Shown: positions 35,967 through 49,160 of the stretch, in pieces
How positions within the stretch are numbered: position 1 is the first letter of the stretch
Layout of the letters: each line of letters begins with the position of its first letter
From: Squalus acanthias
Taxonomy: Eukaryota
Length of the DNA: 64,000 nucleotides
Direction: 5' to 3'
Assembly (NCBI GenBank): GCA_030390025.1
Contig: CM059432.1
Coordinates: 69,194,001-69,258,000, forward strand
The notes under the pieces: generated by a model
Databases searched by the model: none
Told to the model about the DNA's origin: nothing
The model's input: the letters and a program-made list of their open reading frames with translations, nothing else
Position numbers and translations under genes: made by a program

Positions 35967-38900
35967 AACACAAAATAAATGGTATAATTCCTTGTATAAT
36001 TCGTACAAATCGCGAGCTGAGCAGGAAGTTTTTGGTAAATTCTGAATGTAGTACTCTGTGTGCATTACTTCCTTACTTCAACCGCACACTGGAACAGAGT
36101 AAATTCCGTTAACAGGTCGCCTACAAGTCCCACAAGTACGCACCCTAGTACTTTAATATTCGAGGTTTACAGAGGTCAAATAAAATTATTTTGATAACAT
36201 CTCACTATTGCCCCAGTTTATTGTCTTGTCCTCATAAGGATCTGTTTCCATTTCATTTTGACTAATCTCGATTTGGCAATAAAATTCACGCTCTTCACCC
36301 GACCTAGTGGCGATGTCAACTGTACCAGGGTAGAAATCCATAAGTAAATGAGCCAAAATGCTACAATAAATCGGGAAAGTTCATTGTGCCCTTAAGGAGT
36401 CATTAACAAACAGATCCATTATGTAAGCTCGCTTTCTAGCTCTCCCTGTAACCACCGAATTAAATAAAACAAATATTTTAAATTAACTTAAAGAAACGCT
36501 GGCGTTATAAATTGTTTTTGTATTCCTCTCGATGTTAAGATTTATGGACTGAATCTTGACCTGCGCTATTGGATTATTTAACTAATTCCGTTTTTGTCCC
36601 CTGGCAGGTGTTTTCTTTTAAACATTACTCGAGTTTTTTTAGGCGCTGCGATTGAAAACTAGCCACAAGATTCCAACTGCGGTGGGAATCAGTCCAAACC
36701 CGGCCACCAGCGCGATGCTAACACTGTAAAATGGAACTCCATAACATTAACCCAGTTTTAAAATTCATTCCAAATAAGGGAGGAAAGCCATTTTAACAGA
36801 ACTAAGTTTAAAAAGACAAGCTGGCCTGGCAGGCCATCGATAGGTGTTAATACTAAATAGTAACGGCCTTATTAAGAATCTTCATTTATATTTATAGGCC
36901 AGTAATATTACACATTTTGTGTCAGTGCGATGTGGTTTTGGTTTTGGTATAAATATTTAGGGGAAAGCTAGATAAGGACAGGAGGGGAGGGGATATATTG
37001 ATAGGGTTAGATGAAGTAAGGTGGGAAAGGCTCCTGTGGAGCAGAAGCACCATCAATGTTTTTTTCTTCGTTCCTGGAATGTGGGCATCGTTGACAAGGC
37101 CAGCATTCATTGCCCATCCCTAATTGCCCTTGAGAAGGTGGTGGTGAGCCGCCTTCTTGAACCGCTGCAGTCCATGTGGTGAAGCTACTCCCACAGTGCT
37201 GTTAGGGAGGGAGTTCCAGGATTTTGGCCCAGCCCCAGCGACGATGAAGGATCGGCGATATACTTCTAAGTCAGGATGGTGTGTGACTTGGAGGGGAACT
37301 TGCTGGTGGTGGTGTTCCCATGCACCTGCTGCCCTTGCCCTTCTAGGTGGTAGAGGTTGCGGGTTTGGGAGGAGCTGTCGAAGAAGCCTTGGCGAGTTGC
37401 TGTAGTGCATCTTGTAGATGGCACACACTGCAGCCACGGTATGCCGGTGGTGGAGGGAGTGAATGTTTAAGGTGGTGGATGGGGTGCCAATCAAGCGGGC
37501 TGCTTTGTCCTGGATGGTGTTGAGCTTCTTGAGTGTTGTTGGAGCTACACTTATCCAGGCAAGTGGAGAGTATTCCATCACACTCCTGACTTGTGCCTTG
37601 TAGATGGTAGAAAGGCTTTGGGGAGTCAGGAGCTAAGATACTCATCGCAGAATACCCAGCCTCTGACATGCTCTTGTACCACAATATTTAAGTGGCTGGT
37701 ACAATTATGTTTCTGGTCAATGGTGACCCTCATGATGTTGATGGTGGGGGATTCGGCAATGGTAATGCGGTTGAATATCAAGGGGCGGTGGTTAGATGCT
37801 CTCTTGTTGGAGATAGTCATTGACTGGCACTTGTGTGGCATGAATGTTACTTGCCACTTATCAGCCCAAACTTGAATGTCTTCCAAGTCTTGCTGTATGC
37901 GTGTATGCACTGCTTCATTATCTGAGGAGTTGCAAATGGAACCGAATACTGTGCAATCATCACCGAACATCCCCACTTCCGAACTTATGATGGAGAGAAG
38001 GTCATTGATGAAGCAGCTGAAGATTGTTGGGCCTTGGACACTGCCCTGAGGAAATACCGCAGCGATGTCCTGGGGCTGAGATGATAGGCCTCCAACAACT
38101 GCAAACATCTTCCTTTGTGCTAGGTATGACTCGGAGAGGTTTCCCCTGGTTTCCATTGACTTCAATTTTACTTGGGCTCCTTGATGCCACACTTGGTCAA
38201 ATGCTGCCTTGATGTCAAGGGCAGTCACTCTCACCTCACCTCTAGAATTCAGCCTTTTTGCCCATGTTTGTACCAAGGCTGTAATTAGGTCTGGAGCCGA
38301 GTGGTCCTGGTGGAACCTAAACTGAGTGTCGATGAGGTTATTGGTGAGTAAGTGGCACTTGATAGCAGTGTCAAAGACACCTTCCATCACTTTGCTGATT
38401 ATTGAGAGTACACTGATGGGGCGATAATTGGCCAGATTGGATTTGTCCTGCTTTTTGTGGACAGGACATACTTGGGCAATTTTCCACATTGTCAGGTAGA
38501 TGACAGTGTTGTAGCTGTACTGGAGCAGCTTGGCTAGAGGCGCGGCTAGTTCTGGAGCACAAGTCTTCAGCATGACAGCCGGGATGTTGTCGGGCCCATA
38601 GCCTTTGCTGTATCTAATGCGCTCAGCCATTTCTTGATATCACGTGGAGCGAATTGAATTGGCTGAAGACTGGCTTCTGTGATGGTGGGGACCTCAGGAA
38701 GAAGCCAAAATGGATCATCCACTCAGCACTTCTGGATGAAGATGGTTGCAAACGCTTCAGCCTTGTCTTTTGCACTTGCGTGCTGGGCTCCGCCATCATC
38801 GAGGATGGGATATTTATGGAGCCTCTTCCTCCCGTTAGTTGTTTAATTGTCCACCACCATTGACAATTGGATGTGGTAGGACTGCAGGGCTTTGATCTGA

Positions 38901-39852
38901 TCCATTGGTTTGGTGATCGCATAGCTCTATCTATAGCATGCTGCTTCCACTGGTTAGCATGCATGTAGTCCTGTGTTGTAGCTTCCCCAGGTTGATACCT
39001 TATTTTTAGGTACACCTGGTGCTGCTCCTGGTATGCTCTTCTGCACTCCTTATTGAACCAGGGTTGGCCCCCTGGTTTGATGGTAATGGTAGAGTGAGGG
39101 ATATGCCAGGCCATGAGGTTACAGATTATGGTGGAATACATTCCTGCTGCTGATGGCCCACAGCGCCTCATGGATGCCCAGTTTTGAGCTGCTAGATCTG
39201 TTCTGAATCTATCCCATTTAGCATGGTGATAGTGACACACAACACTTTGTCCCCACAAGGACTGTGCGGTGATCACTGCTACCAGTACTGTCATGGACAG
39301 ATACATCTGTAGATTGGTGAGGATAAGGTCAAGTAGGTTTTTCCCTCATGCTGGTTCTCTCACCACCTGCTGCAGGCCCATCTGGCAGCTATGTCCTTCA
39401 GGACTTGGCCAGCTCTGTCAGTAGTGGTGCTACCATGCCACTCTTGGTGATGGACATTGAAGTCTCCCACCCTGAGTACATTCTGTGCCCTTGCTACCCT
39501 CAGTGCTTCTTCCAAGTATTGTTCAACATGGAGAAGTACTGATTCATCAGCTGAGGGATGGCGGTAAGTGGTAATTAGCAGGAGGTTTCCTTGCCCATAC
39601 TTGACCTGAAGCTATGAGATATCATGGAGTCTGGAGTCAATGTTGAGGACTCCCGGGGCTACTCCCTCATGACTGTATACCACTGTGCCACCACCTCTGG
39701 TGGGTCTGTCCTGCCGGTGGGACAGGACACACCCAGGGATGGTGTTGGGACATTGGCTAAAAGGTATGATTCTGTGAGTATGACTATGTCAGGCTGTTGC
39801 TTGACTAGTCTGTGGCACAGCTCTCCCAATTTTGGCACAAGTCCCCAGATGT

Positions 39853-41246
39853 CCCCTGACATCGGTGGTGGGTAAAATGATGGAATCAATTATTAAAGAT
39901 GTCATAACAGACCATTTGGAAAGTGGTGACATGATAGGTCCAAGTCAGCATGGATTTGTGAAAGGGAAATCATGCTTGACAAATCTTCTGGAATTTTTTG
40001 AGGATGTTTCCAATAGGGTGGATGGGGGGGAACCGGTAGATGTGGTGTATTTGGACTTTCAGAAGGCCTTCGACAAGGTCCCACACAAGAGATTGGTGTG
40101 CAAAGTTAAAGCACATGGGATTGGGGGTAATGTGTTGACGTGGATTGAGAACTGGTTGGCACACAGGAAACAAAGAGTAGGAGTAAATGGGTACTTTTCA
40201 GAATGGCAGGCAGTGACCAGCGGGGTACCGCAGGGTTCGGTGCTGGGGCTCCAGCTGTTTACATTATATATTAATGATTTGGGCGAAGGGATTAATTGTA
40301 ATATCTCCAAATTTGCGGATGACACTAAATTGGGAGGCAGTGTGAACAATGAGGAGGATGCTAGGAGGCTACAGAGTGACTTGGACAGGTTGGGTGAATG
40401 GGCAAATGTATGGCAGATGAAGTACAATGTGGATAAATGTGAGGTTATCCACTTTGGTGGTAAAAATAGGGAGGCAGACTATTACCTGAATGGTGGCAGA
40501 TTAGGGAAAGGGGAAGTGCAACGAGACCTGGGCGTCATGGTACATCAGTCACTGAAGGTGGGAAGGCAAGTGCAACAGGCAGTCAAGAAAGCAAATGGCA
40601 TGATGGCCTTCATAGCAAGGGGATTTGAGTACAGGAGTAGGGAGGTGATGCTACAGTTGTACAGGGCCTTGGTGAGGCCACACCTGGAGTATTGTGTGCA
40701 GTTTTGGTCTCCTAACTTGAGGAAGGACATTTTTGCTATTGAGGGAGTGCAACGAAGGTTCACTAGATTGATTCCTGGGATGGCCAGACTGACATATCAA
40801 GAAAGACTGGATCAACTGAACTTGTATCCTCTGGAGTTCAGAAGAATGAGGGGGAATCTTATAGAGACGTTTAAAATCCTGACTGGTTTAGACAAATTAG
40901 ATGCGGGCAGAATGTTTCCAATGTTAGGGAAAACTAAAACCAGGGGTCACAGTCTAAGGATAAAGGGGAAGCCATTTAAGACTGAGATGAGGAGGAACTT
41001 CTTCACCCAGAGAGTGGTGAATCTGTGGAATTCTCTACCACAGAAGGTTGTTGAGGCCAGTTCGCTAAATATATTCAAAAGGGAGTTAGATATAATACTC
41101 ACAACTAGGGGGATCAAGGGGTATGGCGAGAAAGCAGGAATGGGGTACTGAGGTAGCATGTTCAGCCATGAATGCATTAAATGGCGGTGCAGGCTCGAAG
41201 GACCGAATGGTCTACTCTTGCACCTATTTTCTATGTCTATGTTTCT
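39853..41246 (+). mobile_element. Young 5'-truncated CR1 inserted in the tRNA-headed LINE
   Basis: Open RT/C-terminal frame to 41151 (FADD, EYCVQFWSP); (TTTCTATG)-like tail; ATGT at both junctions (39849-52 and 41247-50). Confidence 0.92.
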
Positions 41247-41265
41247 ATGTTAGTGAGGAGGACTT

Positions 41266-41379
41266 TAGAAAACATAAGTAGATCATTCGGCCCTGCTCCG
41301 CCATTCAACATGATCATGGCTGATCCTCTATCTCAATACCATATTCCCGCTCTCTCCCCATACCCCTTTTGTGTCTATC
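41266..41379 (-). mobile_element. Short CR1 3' fragment with TSD GACTT
   Basis: Reverse complement of the CR1 3'UTR at 16200-16330; GACTT at 41261-65 and 41380-84. Confidence 0.75.
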
Positions 41380-42504
41380 GACTTGCAGGTTCGACTGGGC
41401 TGGGTGTGTCATTGTCATGTCAGAAGCTGTTGCCTAGGTCGATGCCGTGTGGTCTGTCCAGTTTTATTCTTATAATTGTTTTTCGTAGCAGTCTTGATAC
41501 AACTGAGTGGCTTGCTAGGTCATTTCAGAGGGCAGTTAAGAGTCAACCACATTGCTGTGGGTCTGGAGTCATATATAGGCCAGAATAGGTAAGGATGGCA
41601 GATTTTCTTCCCAAAAGGTCATTAGTGAACCAGATGGGTTTTTACAACAATCCAGTAGTTTCATTGTTACTATTACTGACACTAGATTTTTATTCCAAAT
41701 TTATTTAAGTAACTGAATTTAAATTCCCCAGCTGCCATGGTGGCATTTGAACACACATCTCTGGATCATTAGGTCCAGGCCTCTGGATTACTAGACCAGT
41801 AACTTAACCACTATGCTACCATACCTGTGGTGCACTTGTTGGGCCAAATGGGATGTTTCTGTGTTGTAAATTCTATGTAATTCTATGAGTCAAATTTGCT
41901 TTGGGTGCATTTCGATACAGCAGCAGTGTATAATTCAAGTTTGGCATTCTGAATCCTAAACACACTGAACTGAGAATTCTGAGACATCTTTTAGTATGGA
42001 GTAAAGGATGCTTTTACATTCTAAAGTTGGGGTGTAAACGCAGAATCAGCCCAATACCTGTAACTAATTCCCCAGCAGTTGGTGATTTTACTCTGGAGTG
42101 CACATCATTTTCATTGGTGCAAACCATGCCTTGGGCAGTTAGGGCTCCCCAGCTTCTATTTCCCACCATGGGAATAAAAAGTGTCCTGAGATTAGTGCCT
42201 TCACTACCAGTTTACACAATCTATTGGACAAAATAAACATAAATTTGGATTATAATTATGGAGTGACATTGTCAACAAAATCAAACAACAATGCAGATAG
42301 GCTCAAATAACACACTGCTTGGTAACTGTTTTAGCTGGGGCTCTGCCATTAGCTCTCACAACTATCCAAACTGTTGAGATATCACTTCAGCATTTCCCAG
42401 TCCTCTGCATTCATTAAATCACAGCCTTTCTGAGCGACTGCAAGTCAGCGCTCCAGAATCACGGAGAACTCAAGAGCAATTCACTGTCAGATTGCTTTGT
42501 GCAG

Positions 42505-43062
42505 TATGACTTTACGCTACCATCCTCTCCTGGCTGACTTCCTTATCTTCTACCCTCTGTAAACTTCAGCTCATCCAAGACTCTGTTGCCTATATCCTAT
42601 CCCACACCAAGTCATGCTTGCCTATCACCTCATGTCCTCACTGACCACATTGGTTCCCAGTCCTGCAATGACTCAAATTTTAAATTCTCATATTTACATT
42701 TAAATCCCTCCATGATCTTTGTTACCTTCCCCAGCACAATAACTCCTCCCACCCCTTTACAGAAATCTCTGTTCCTCTGACTGCATCTTTTGCATTCCCC
42801 CTCCATTTTTTCCACCACTGGTGGCCATGCCTTCATCTTAGGACCCATGCTCTGGAATACCGCCCCCTACATTTCTCCACTTCTCCACCTCACCATCTCA
42901 CACTCCTTTAAGACCCTCCTTAAAACCCACTTACTTGATCAAGCTTTTAGTCATACTTCTTAATTTCTGCTTCCACTTTTTTTCTTACTGCTCTGTGAAG
43001 CACTTTGGGATGTTTTCTATGTTAAAGGCGCTATATAACTGCACGCTTTTGCTGTTGTTATT
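42505..43062 (+). mobile_element. Degenerate L2 3' fragment
   Basis: Similar to 22480-23055; tail GTTAAAGGCGCTATATAA. Confidence 0.75.
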
Positions 43063-43353
43063 GTAACATTGCTGGGAATTCAAAATACGTACTGTATAAA
43101 TTCAGGACTGTGCAGAACTGCATTTTAAAAATTTTCAGCTGATCCTGGGAACTTTCTAAACTTATTTTTTCATTATGTTTTCATTATTACAAGAAAATAG
43201 ATGCTCTCCTTTGAAAAGTGGAGCTCTGTGCTTTTGTCCATGTTTGCATGTGCGGAGCTCTTTTGTTACAGCGTTCAGTCTGAAGTATAGTTGACACTGA
43301 CAGCATAATTCAGGTCTGCCAAGTGTACGTTGCACTCTACAGATACCAGTAAA

Positions 43354-43456
43354 TAAAGAACTTGCATTTATATAGCACCTTTCCCAACCTCAGGACGTCC
43401 CAAAGTGCTTTACAGCCAATTAATTACTTTTCAAGTGTAGTCACTGTCGTAATGTA
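43354..43456 (-). mobile_element. Deu-SINE/L2-type 3' tail fragment
   Basis: Reverse complement of 24440-24540; another such fragment lies at ~52465-52585 (+). Confidence 0.6.
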
Positions 43457-43556
43457 ACTTCATTACATCATACAAAATGAATCTTCATCCTGCTTCAGCT
43501 TTATACTAACTGCAGTATAACTGCAACCAGTATTAAGTGAGGCTTTTAAACATATT

Positions 43557-44300
43557 GGCCCAGAAATTGATCTCGCTCTGTTCCCGCGGGGGTAAGCCTT
43601 CCCCGCGATGTCTCACCTCGCTTATGCTTTTTCTGATCCAGCTCGCACGAAATTGATGTTCCAAACATCAGCTGTGCTGGGCTTGCGTATCCCAGCGGCG
43701 TAGTTAATTCGTGCGAGCTGTGGGATCACGTGACTCAGTTAGAGCCAATGGCAGCACACCATCTTCCATTCATAAGTCTCACAGCATGGCTGTGAGACTT
43801 ATGAATCTTACACCCCCCCAAAATAACAGCTAAACCTCAATTAAATTTAAAAAAAACCCCATCACATTAATAAAATAAGTATAGTTAATTAAATTAACCA
43901 TTTTAAATAAAAAATTAAATTTTTGAAAAAATTTAAAATCTTTTAAAAAGTTATAAAAATAAACTTACCTGTCTTTAAAGTCTATAAAAAAGATATACCT
44001 GTAAAAAAAAATTCAAAAAAATACTTAATTCACTACTTACCTTCTTAAAAGCGGGTCTTACTCCTCCTTTTTACATTTCCAAAATCTTCCCTACTTACCT
44101 GCGCGTCCAAAGCATGAAGTGCACAGCGTGCGCGCAGCCTGTAGCGCGCACGCGATGCAGCCAGGCCCCGCCCCCTTTTCGGAAGAGCAATTGCCGGTTT
44201 TCAGCGCATGCGCAGGGCATGCAGAAAACCGGCAATTGGAGTGGGAATACGCGAGAGTATGCAGTGCGTACTCTCGCGTCCCGGGATCAATTTTCGGCCC
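43557..44300. mobile_element. Non-autonomous TIR element (Harbinger-type termini)
   Basis: GGCCCAGAAATTGATC / GATCAATTTTCGGCCC TIRs; flanks ATT/AAT; CpG-rich subterminal arms around an AT-rich core. Confidence 0.7.
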
Positions 44301-44454
44301 AATGTGTAACTTTTTAAAAGTTAGCAACTGTCCAACTGCCCTGCTGGCTTTTTCCTAACATTAACAGTTAACCAACACTGGATGTTAGTGAGCAGCGCTT
44401 TGTGAATGAATATAAACACCAATGAACAGTCTTCTGTTTTCCCCAGCCAGAAAA

Positions 44455-45955
44455 TCTTCTTCTTAGGCAGTCCCTCGGAACCGAGGATGAATTGCTTCCA
44501 CAATAAAAATGAGTTCTCAGGTGACCGATGAGTCCAATACGGGACCTACAATCTCTGTCACAGGTGGGGCAGACGGTGGTTGAAGGGGCGGGTGGGTGGG
44601 GTGCTTGGGTTGACATGCGCTCCTTGCGCTGTTTGCGCTTGGCTTCCGCTTGCTCTCGGCGAAGAGACTCGAGGTATTCGGCGCCTTCCCGGATGCTTCT
44701 CCTCCACTTTGTACGGTCTTGAGCCAGGGATTCCCAGGTGTCGGTGGGGATATTGCACTTTTTCAAGGAGGCTTTGAGGGTGTCCTTGAAGCGTTTCCTC
44801 TGCCCACCTGGGGCTCTTTTGCCGTGTCGGAGCTCCGAGTAGAGCGCTTTTTCTGGGAGTCTCGTATCGAGCATGCGGATGATGTGACCCGTCCATCGGA
44901 GCTGATCGAGCGTGGTCAGAGCTTCGATGCTGGGGATGTTGAAGGTGAAGGTGTTGACAATGGTTTGGAGTTCGACCTCTGAGTGTGCACAGACGCAAGT
45001 GTCGTCTGCATACTGTAATTTGATGACAGAGGATGGGACAACCTTGGATCTGGACTGGAGGCGACAGAGGTTGTACAGTTTCCCCTTTGTTCTGTAGATT
45101 AGCTCCACTCCAGCGGGGAGCTTACTGAAGGTGAGATGGAGCATTGCAGCAAGGAAGATCGAGAAGAGCTTTGAGGTGATGACACAGTCTTGCTTGACCC
45201 TGGTCCGTATGTGAATTGGGTCTGTGGTGGATCCGTTGGTCAGGATCACAGCTTGCATGTCGTCGTGAAGCAGGCGGAGGATGGTGACAAACTTTTGAGG
45301 GCAGCCGAATTTGAGGAGGACACTCCATAATCGCTCACAGTTGACAGTGTCGAAGGCCTTTGTGAGGTCAAAGAAGGCCATGTACAGCGGTTGGTGCTGT
45401 TTCCTGCATTTCTCTTGTAATTGACGCACGGTGAAGATCATGTCCATTGTGCCCCTCAGTGGGCGGAATTCGCATTGCGACTCTGGGAGGAGCTCTTCAG
45501 CCACTGGGAGAAGGCGATTGAGGAGGATTCTTGCGATGACTTTCCCTGTAGCAGACAGCAGGGAAACGCTTCTTTAATTACCGCAATCAGACTTGTCACC
45601 TTTCTTGAAGATGGGCACGATTACGGCATCTCTGAGATCTCCTGGCATGCTCTCCTCCTTCCAAATAAGAGAAATGAGTTTGTGTATTCGTGCCACTAGT
45701 GCTTCTCCGCCATGCTTTAGTGCCTCGGCGGGGATTCCGTCTGCTCCTGAGGCCTTGTTGTTCTTCAGTTGTCAGATGGCCTTTTCAACCTCATGCCGGG
45801 CTGGGGTTGTGCTGAGGTGGTGGCGGGTAGCATGCTGCGGGATGGAGTTGAGGACACTCGTGCCGAAGACAGAGTCTCGGTTAAGGAGATCTTCAAAGTG
45901 CTCCTTCCAGCGGGCACTGACTGCCTCTCTGTCCTTGATGAGTACCTCTCCGTTC
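44455..45955 (-). mobile_element. RTE-clade LINE, 5'-truncated with an internal deletion
   Basis: LPESQCEFRP.RGT.DMIF..RQLQEKC, FFDLTKAFDTV, LQYADD, QLRWTGH and a C-terminal CPTC...HLRTH finger; (AAG)n tail. Confidence 0.9.
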
Positions 45956-47122
45956 TGTCAGTTACGCCAGAATCGTGGCCATTAATTCCTGCCAGTACTG
46001 ACCCCGCCAGAGTTCACCTGTCAGTTGCAAGGCACCTAATTTACATGGGGCGCCATTACAGACGTATCTCCAGTGTCTGCCTGCTCCATGTGTCTGGAAA
46101 ATTTGGCACTCGCACACCATTGGGGTAGGGATTGCCCAGGCACATCTCACCAACCCCAGCCGTGTCTTTCTTGACCGTCTGTGTAAGGGGAGTGATCAGA
46201 AACTTTTGCAAAAGGAAAGAAGTCCAGATCACTTCACTGGCCTGAACCCATCAATTGAATCCTATTTTGCCCATTTGGAGGCCAGTATGCCTCAACCCAC
46301 CTGGTGTACCGGCCTCCAGAGATTATACGAGGTCCTGAATGAGCCAGCTTAATGGGAACTCCAATTGGAGGGAGTCTCTGCCCCTGGTTCTGCCCCTTCC
46401 CCAATGACATTTGCCTTGTAAGAAGAGGGTGGAGGTTCCACCCCTTATAAGGGCTGTTGAAAAATCCTGGACATGGCAGAGTCCCACACAACTGGGTCAT
46501 TTTCTGAAGGGTTCCACCAGTCTCCCACTGGAGTTACCACAGCAGACTGGTGTGAGACCAGTGGATCCCCCATGGAATTCTGGGTCCTTGGCCTTAGGCT
46601 TGGTAAGCACAGTAGTTGAAGGTTACCTAATGGAAAAGTTAAACTGTCATTTTCATATTAATTCAAAGTGATTTAGGGTATGCAATGCCATTAAAGTTTC
46701 ACTACAACATGGGAGTTAGGACAATGATCTGACTCCCAAGCTCACTCAAGCTGGGAGGTATGAGACCATCTCACAACAGATTGGGCTAGAAATTCATTAT
46801 AGCTCAGGAATGGGCGGCAAAATTAGAAAAGTTGGAGAATTAGTGCCAATCGCGCTAATGCTTTAGACTGCATGCAAAATTAATGCTCAATGAAATAATT
46901 GGAGCGCTAAGTAAAGTCTTAAAGCCCAAGCTCATTAGCGTTACACTCAAAGGGTGGACCAATATTGCGTGCAGTCTAATCGCAACTCATCATTGCCACA
47001 GGTTTTTCCATTTCTTAAAGGGGAGCTTCATTGATGCTGTAGAACCTCATTCTCAGCATTGCTGGCTGTGCAGCAGCAGCAGGCCAAGGAGAAGGAGCCG
47101 GAGGACTGAAGCAGCTGTACTC

Positions 47123-48995
47123 ATGGCAGATCAACGCCCCAGGGAGAGAGCCCGCAGATTCAGCGATCAAGCATTGGAGGCATTGGTGTTCACTGTGGAG
47201 AGACGGAGGGCGGTGCTCTGCAAGTCTTTGGCACCATGTAGAGGGAGGTAGCGCAGCACGTCTTGGGCAGCACTGTGGTCCTCAGGGCCCACACTCAGTG
47301 CAGGAAGAAATTTAATGACCTTACTCAGGGGGTCAGGGTGATTCAATGCTTCAACAAATGCTACATACCACCGTCTGAACCATAGTCGTCACACACTGCC
47401 CAAAGCACCAGGCCCCCAGCACTCACCCACCAACAATCTCTACCTACCAACACTCACACCCACATCTCACACCTTGCACACAATGACAGCTATTCAACTA
47501 TGGCAGGCGCATCACCCAACCACATTGCTCCACACTCACTCACACACTTTCCTTTCTCTTTGCAGGCCAAGGTGGCTCACAACAGGAGGAGCAGGAGCGC
47601 ACAGGCGAGGGACAAGCCGACACCGAACCATTGTCTGAGCTGGAGAATCGAGTGCTGCAGATTATTGGACGCCAGGTGGTGGGCGCCATGACCACCGGCG
47701 ATGTTGACCCCCTTGGGGACAACAACGGTATGTTCAGCCCTACTCCTTCTTCTCACATCCCACTTCCCCCTCACCCCACAAGCCTTTCGCACTTTCCAGC
47801 TAATCATGCTGTATGCATGCATTTCTCCCTTCCTGCCCCCCTCCCCTCACCTTAACCCGACTCTTGTGCCTTTATGTTTTCAGATAATCAGCAAGTATCT
47901 GAGCAGCCTGTCCCTGAGGGCACCGCAGAGAGTGAGGCAGAAGAAGAGGAGGAGGAGGAGGAGGAGGAAGAAGACACCTTGTCACTGCATGTCTCACTCG
48001 CAGGCACCAGCTCAGATACTGGCACTATGCATTCTTTAGAGGCTAGTATAGTAGCAGGATCTGCACAGGGTGAGTCACCGGGGACGAGTGGGCTGCAGCA
48101 AGGCCAGGGGGAAAGGGTAGCTCGGGTGCCAGCTCCCTGGAGGGCGAGTTCGCGCGCGAGTTCTGCTGCACAGGACTCAGATGAGGACCTCGATGGGGAG
48201 GCCTTTAGAAGAAGGGTGATGGACATGCACACAGAGACGATAGGTGCAATGGCAAGGGTGCCTGAGAGCCTCTCGGCAATGATTGAAGCGTGGAGGGGTC
48301 CACCTCCAACATTGCACAAGGCTCTGTGCACATCATGGAGCCCATCATTTCCAATCTCCAGAGAGACCGTGGTGTCCCAGACCTGATGCCGTGTAGGATG
48401 AGCAATCTGGCAGCTTCCATTGCAGCACAGGCGGAAGCGATGCAACGTGTTAGTGCTGTAATGCAGCCTATGCTTGGTGGCATCCAATCTCAGGCCGCTC
48501 TCATGCAGTCTCAGCTTGATGCCACGCAAGCTCTGACTGCTGCCATCGTGGCTGTGTCTACCACCGCTGACCGGGGCTTTCACGGTGTCGCAACAGGCCC
48601 GCAATCTGTGCTCCAACAGATTGCTAGGGATGCTAAGGTGTTGCCCTGGGGGAGTGGCAGTAGGTCAGTGGAGCAGGAACCTGTTGTCATCTCTCAGGAT
48701 GACAGCATTCCTGCTCCCACCACAGGCCACTCCACCATTGCCCTTGTCGCTGCCTGTCATCCAGCCAGCCCAGACTGCTGCCGCCCATGCTGAGGTGGTG
48801 CAGTCTACAGCTGGGCCTTCCAGGCCCAGAGCTGGTCAAGGGCGTCCTGCAAGGCCATCTGAAGTCTCCTGCACAGACACTCAGCAGCCTTCCACCAGCC
48901 CTGCTGCAGCCACTGGGCCAACACTTTCTAGGAGTACTAGAGTAGGCAAAGGCACAGTAACGACAGGCAATAAGGGATTGCACAAGGGTGAATAG
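47123..48995 (+). pseudogene. Harbinger Myb/SANT-like gene, exons 47123-47337, 47566-47727, 47884-48995
   Basis: MADQRPRERARRFSDQALEALV..VERRR..L, QCRKKFNDL and AKVAHNRR; GT/AG sites at the stated boundaries; poly-Glu tract; frameshifts. Confidence 0.8.
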
Positions 48996-49160
48996 TTAAT
49001 ATTTTTTGTGTAAATATGTGTTCACTGATTATTGATAAATTTATTAATTCAGTTTGGATTCTTTTGTGGTGTCTTTCATTTGAGCTTTGCGCTGTGATAT
49101 GGCCTGCAAAAGGGAATGAATGATGGGAATGTGGTGAGCAACGGGGATCTGGGGTTTAAT

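Larger units (their letters stand above)
37058..41825 (-). mobile_element. Apparently full-length, single-ORF CR1-group LINE (APE + RT) with a tRNA-like 5' head; contains two CR1 insertions
   Basis: APE N-terminus NIWGLVPKLGEL..QPDIVILTESYL; RT motifs GPDNIP, YRPISVLS, LDIKAAFDQVWH, PQGS and FGDD; T-rich tail at 37058. A box TAGCATAGTGG (41818-41808) and B box GTTCAAATGCC (41752-41742). Confidence 0.85.

Noticed and set aside
41740..41825. tRNA gene (also 23920-23990 and 24135-24205)
   Set aside because: A/B boxes are present, but no convincing cloverleaf, and each continues into a retroposon body; these are SINE-type heads.
46080..46140. Possible Gag zinc knuckle (CSMC...HHWGRDCP) from an LTR element
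   Set aside because: Spacing does not fit CX2CX4HX4C, and I found no LTR, PBS or pol sequence nearby.
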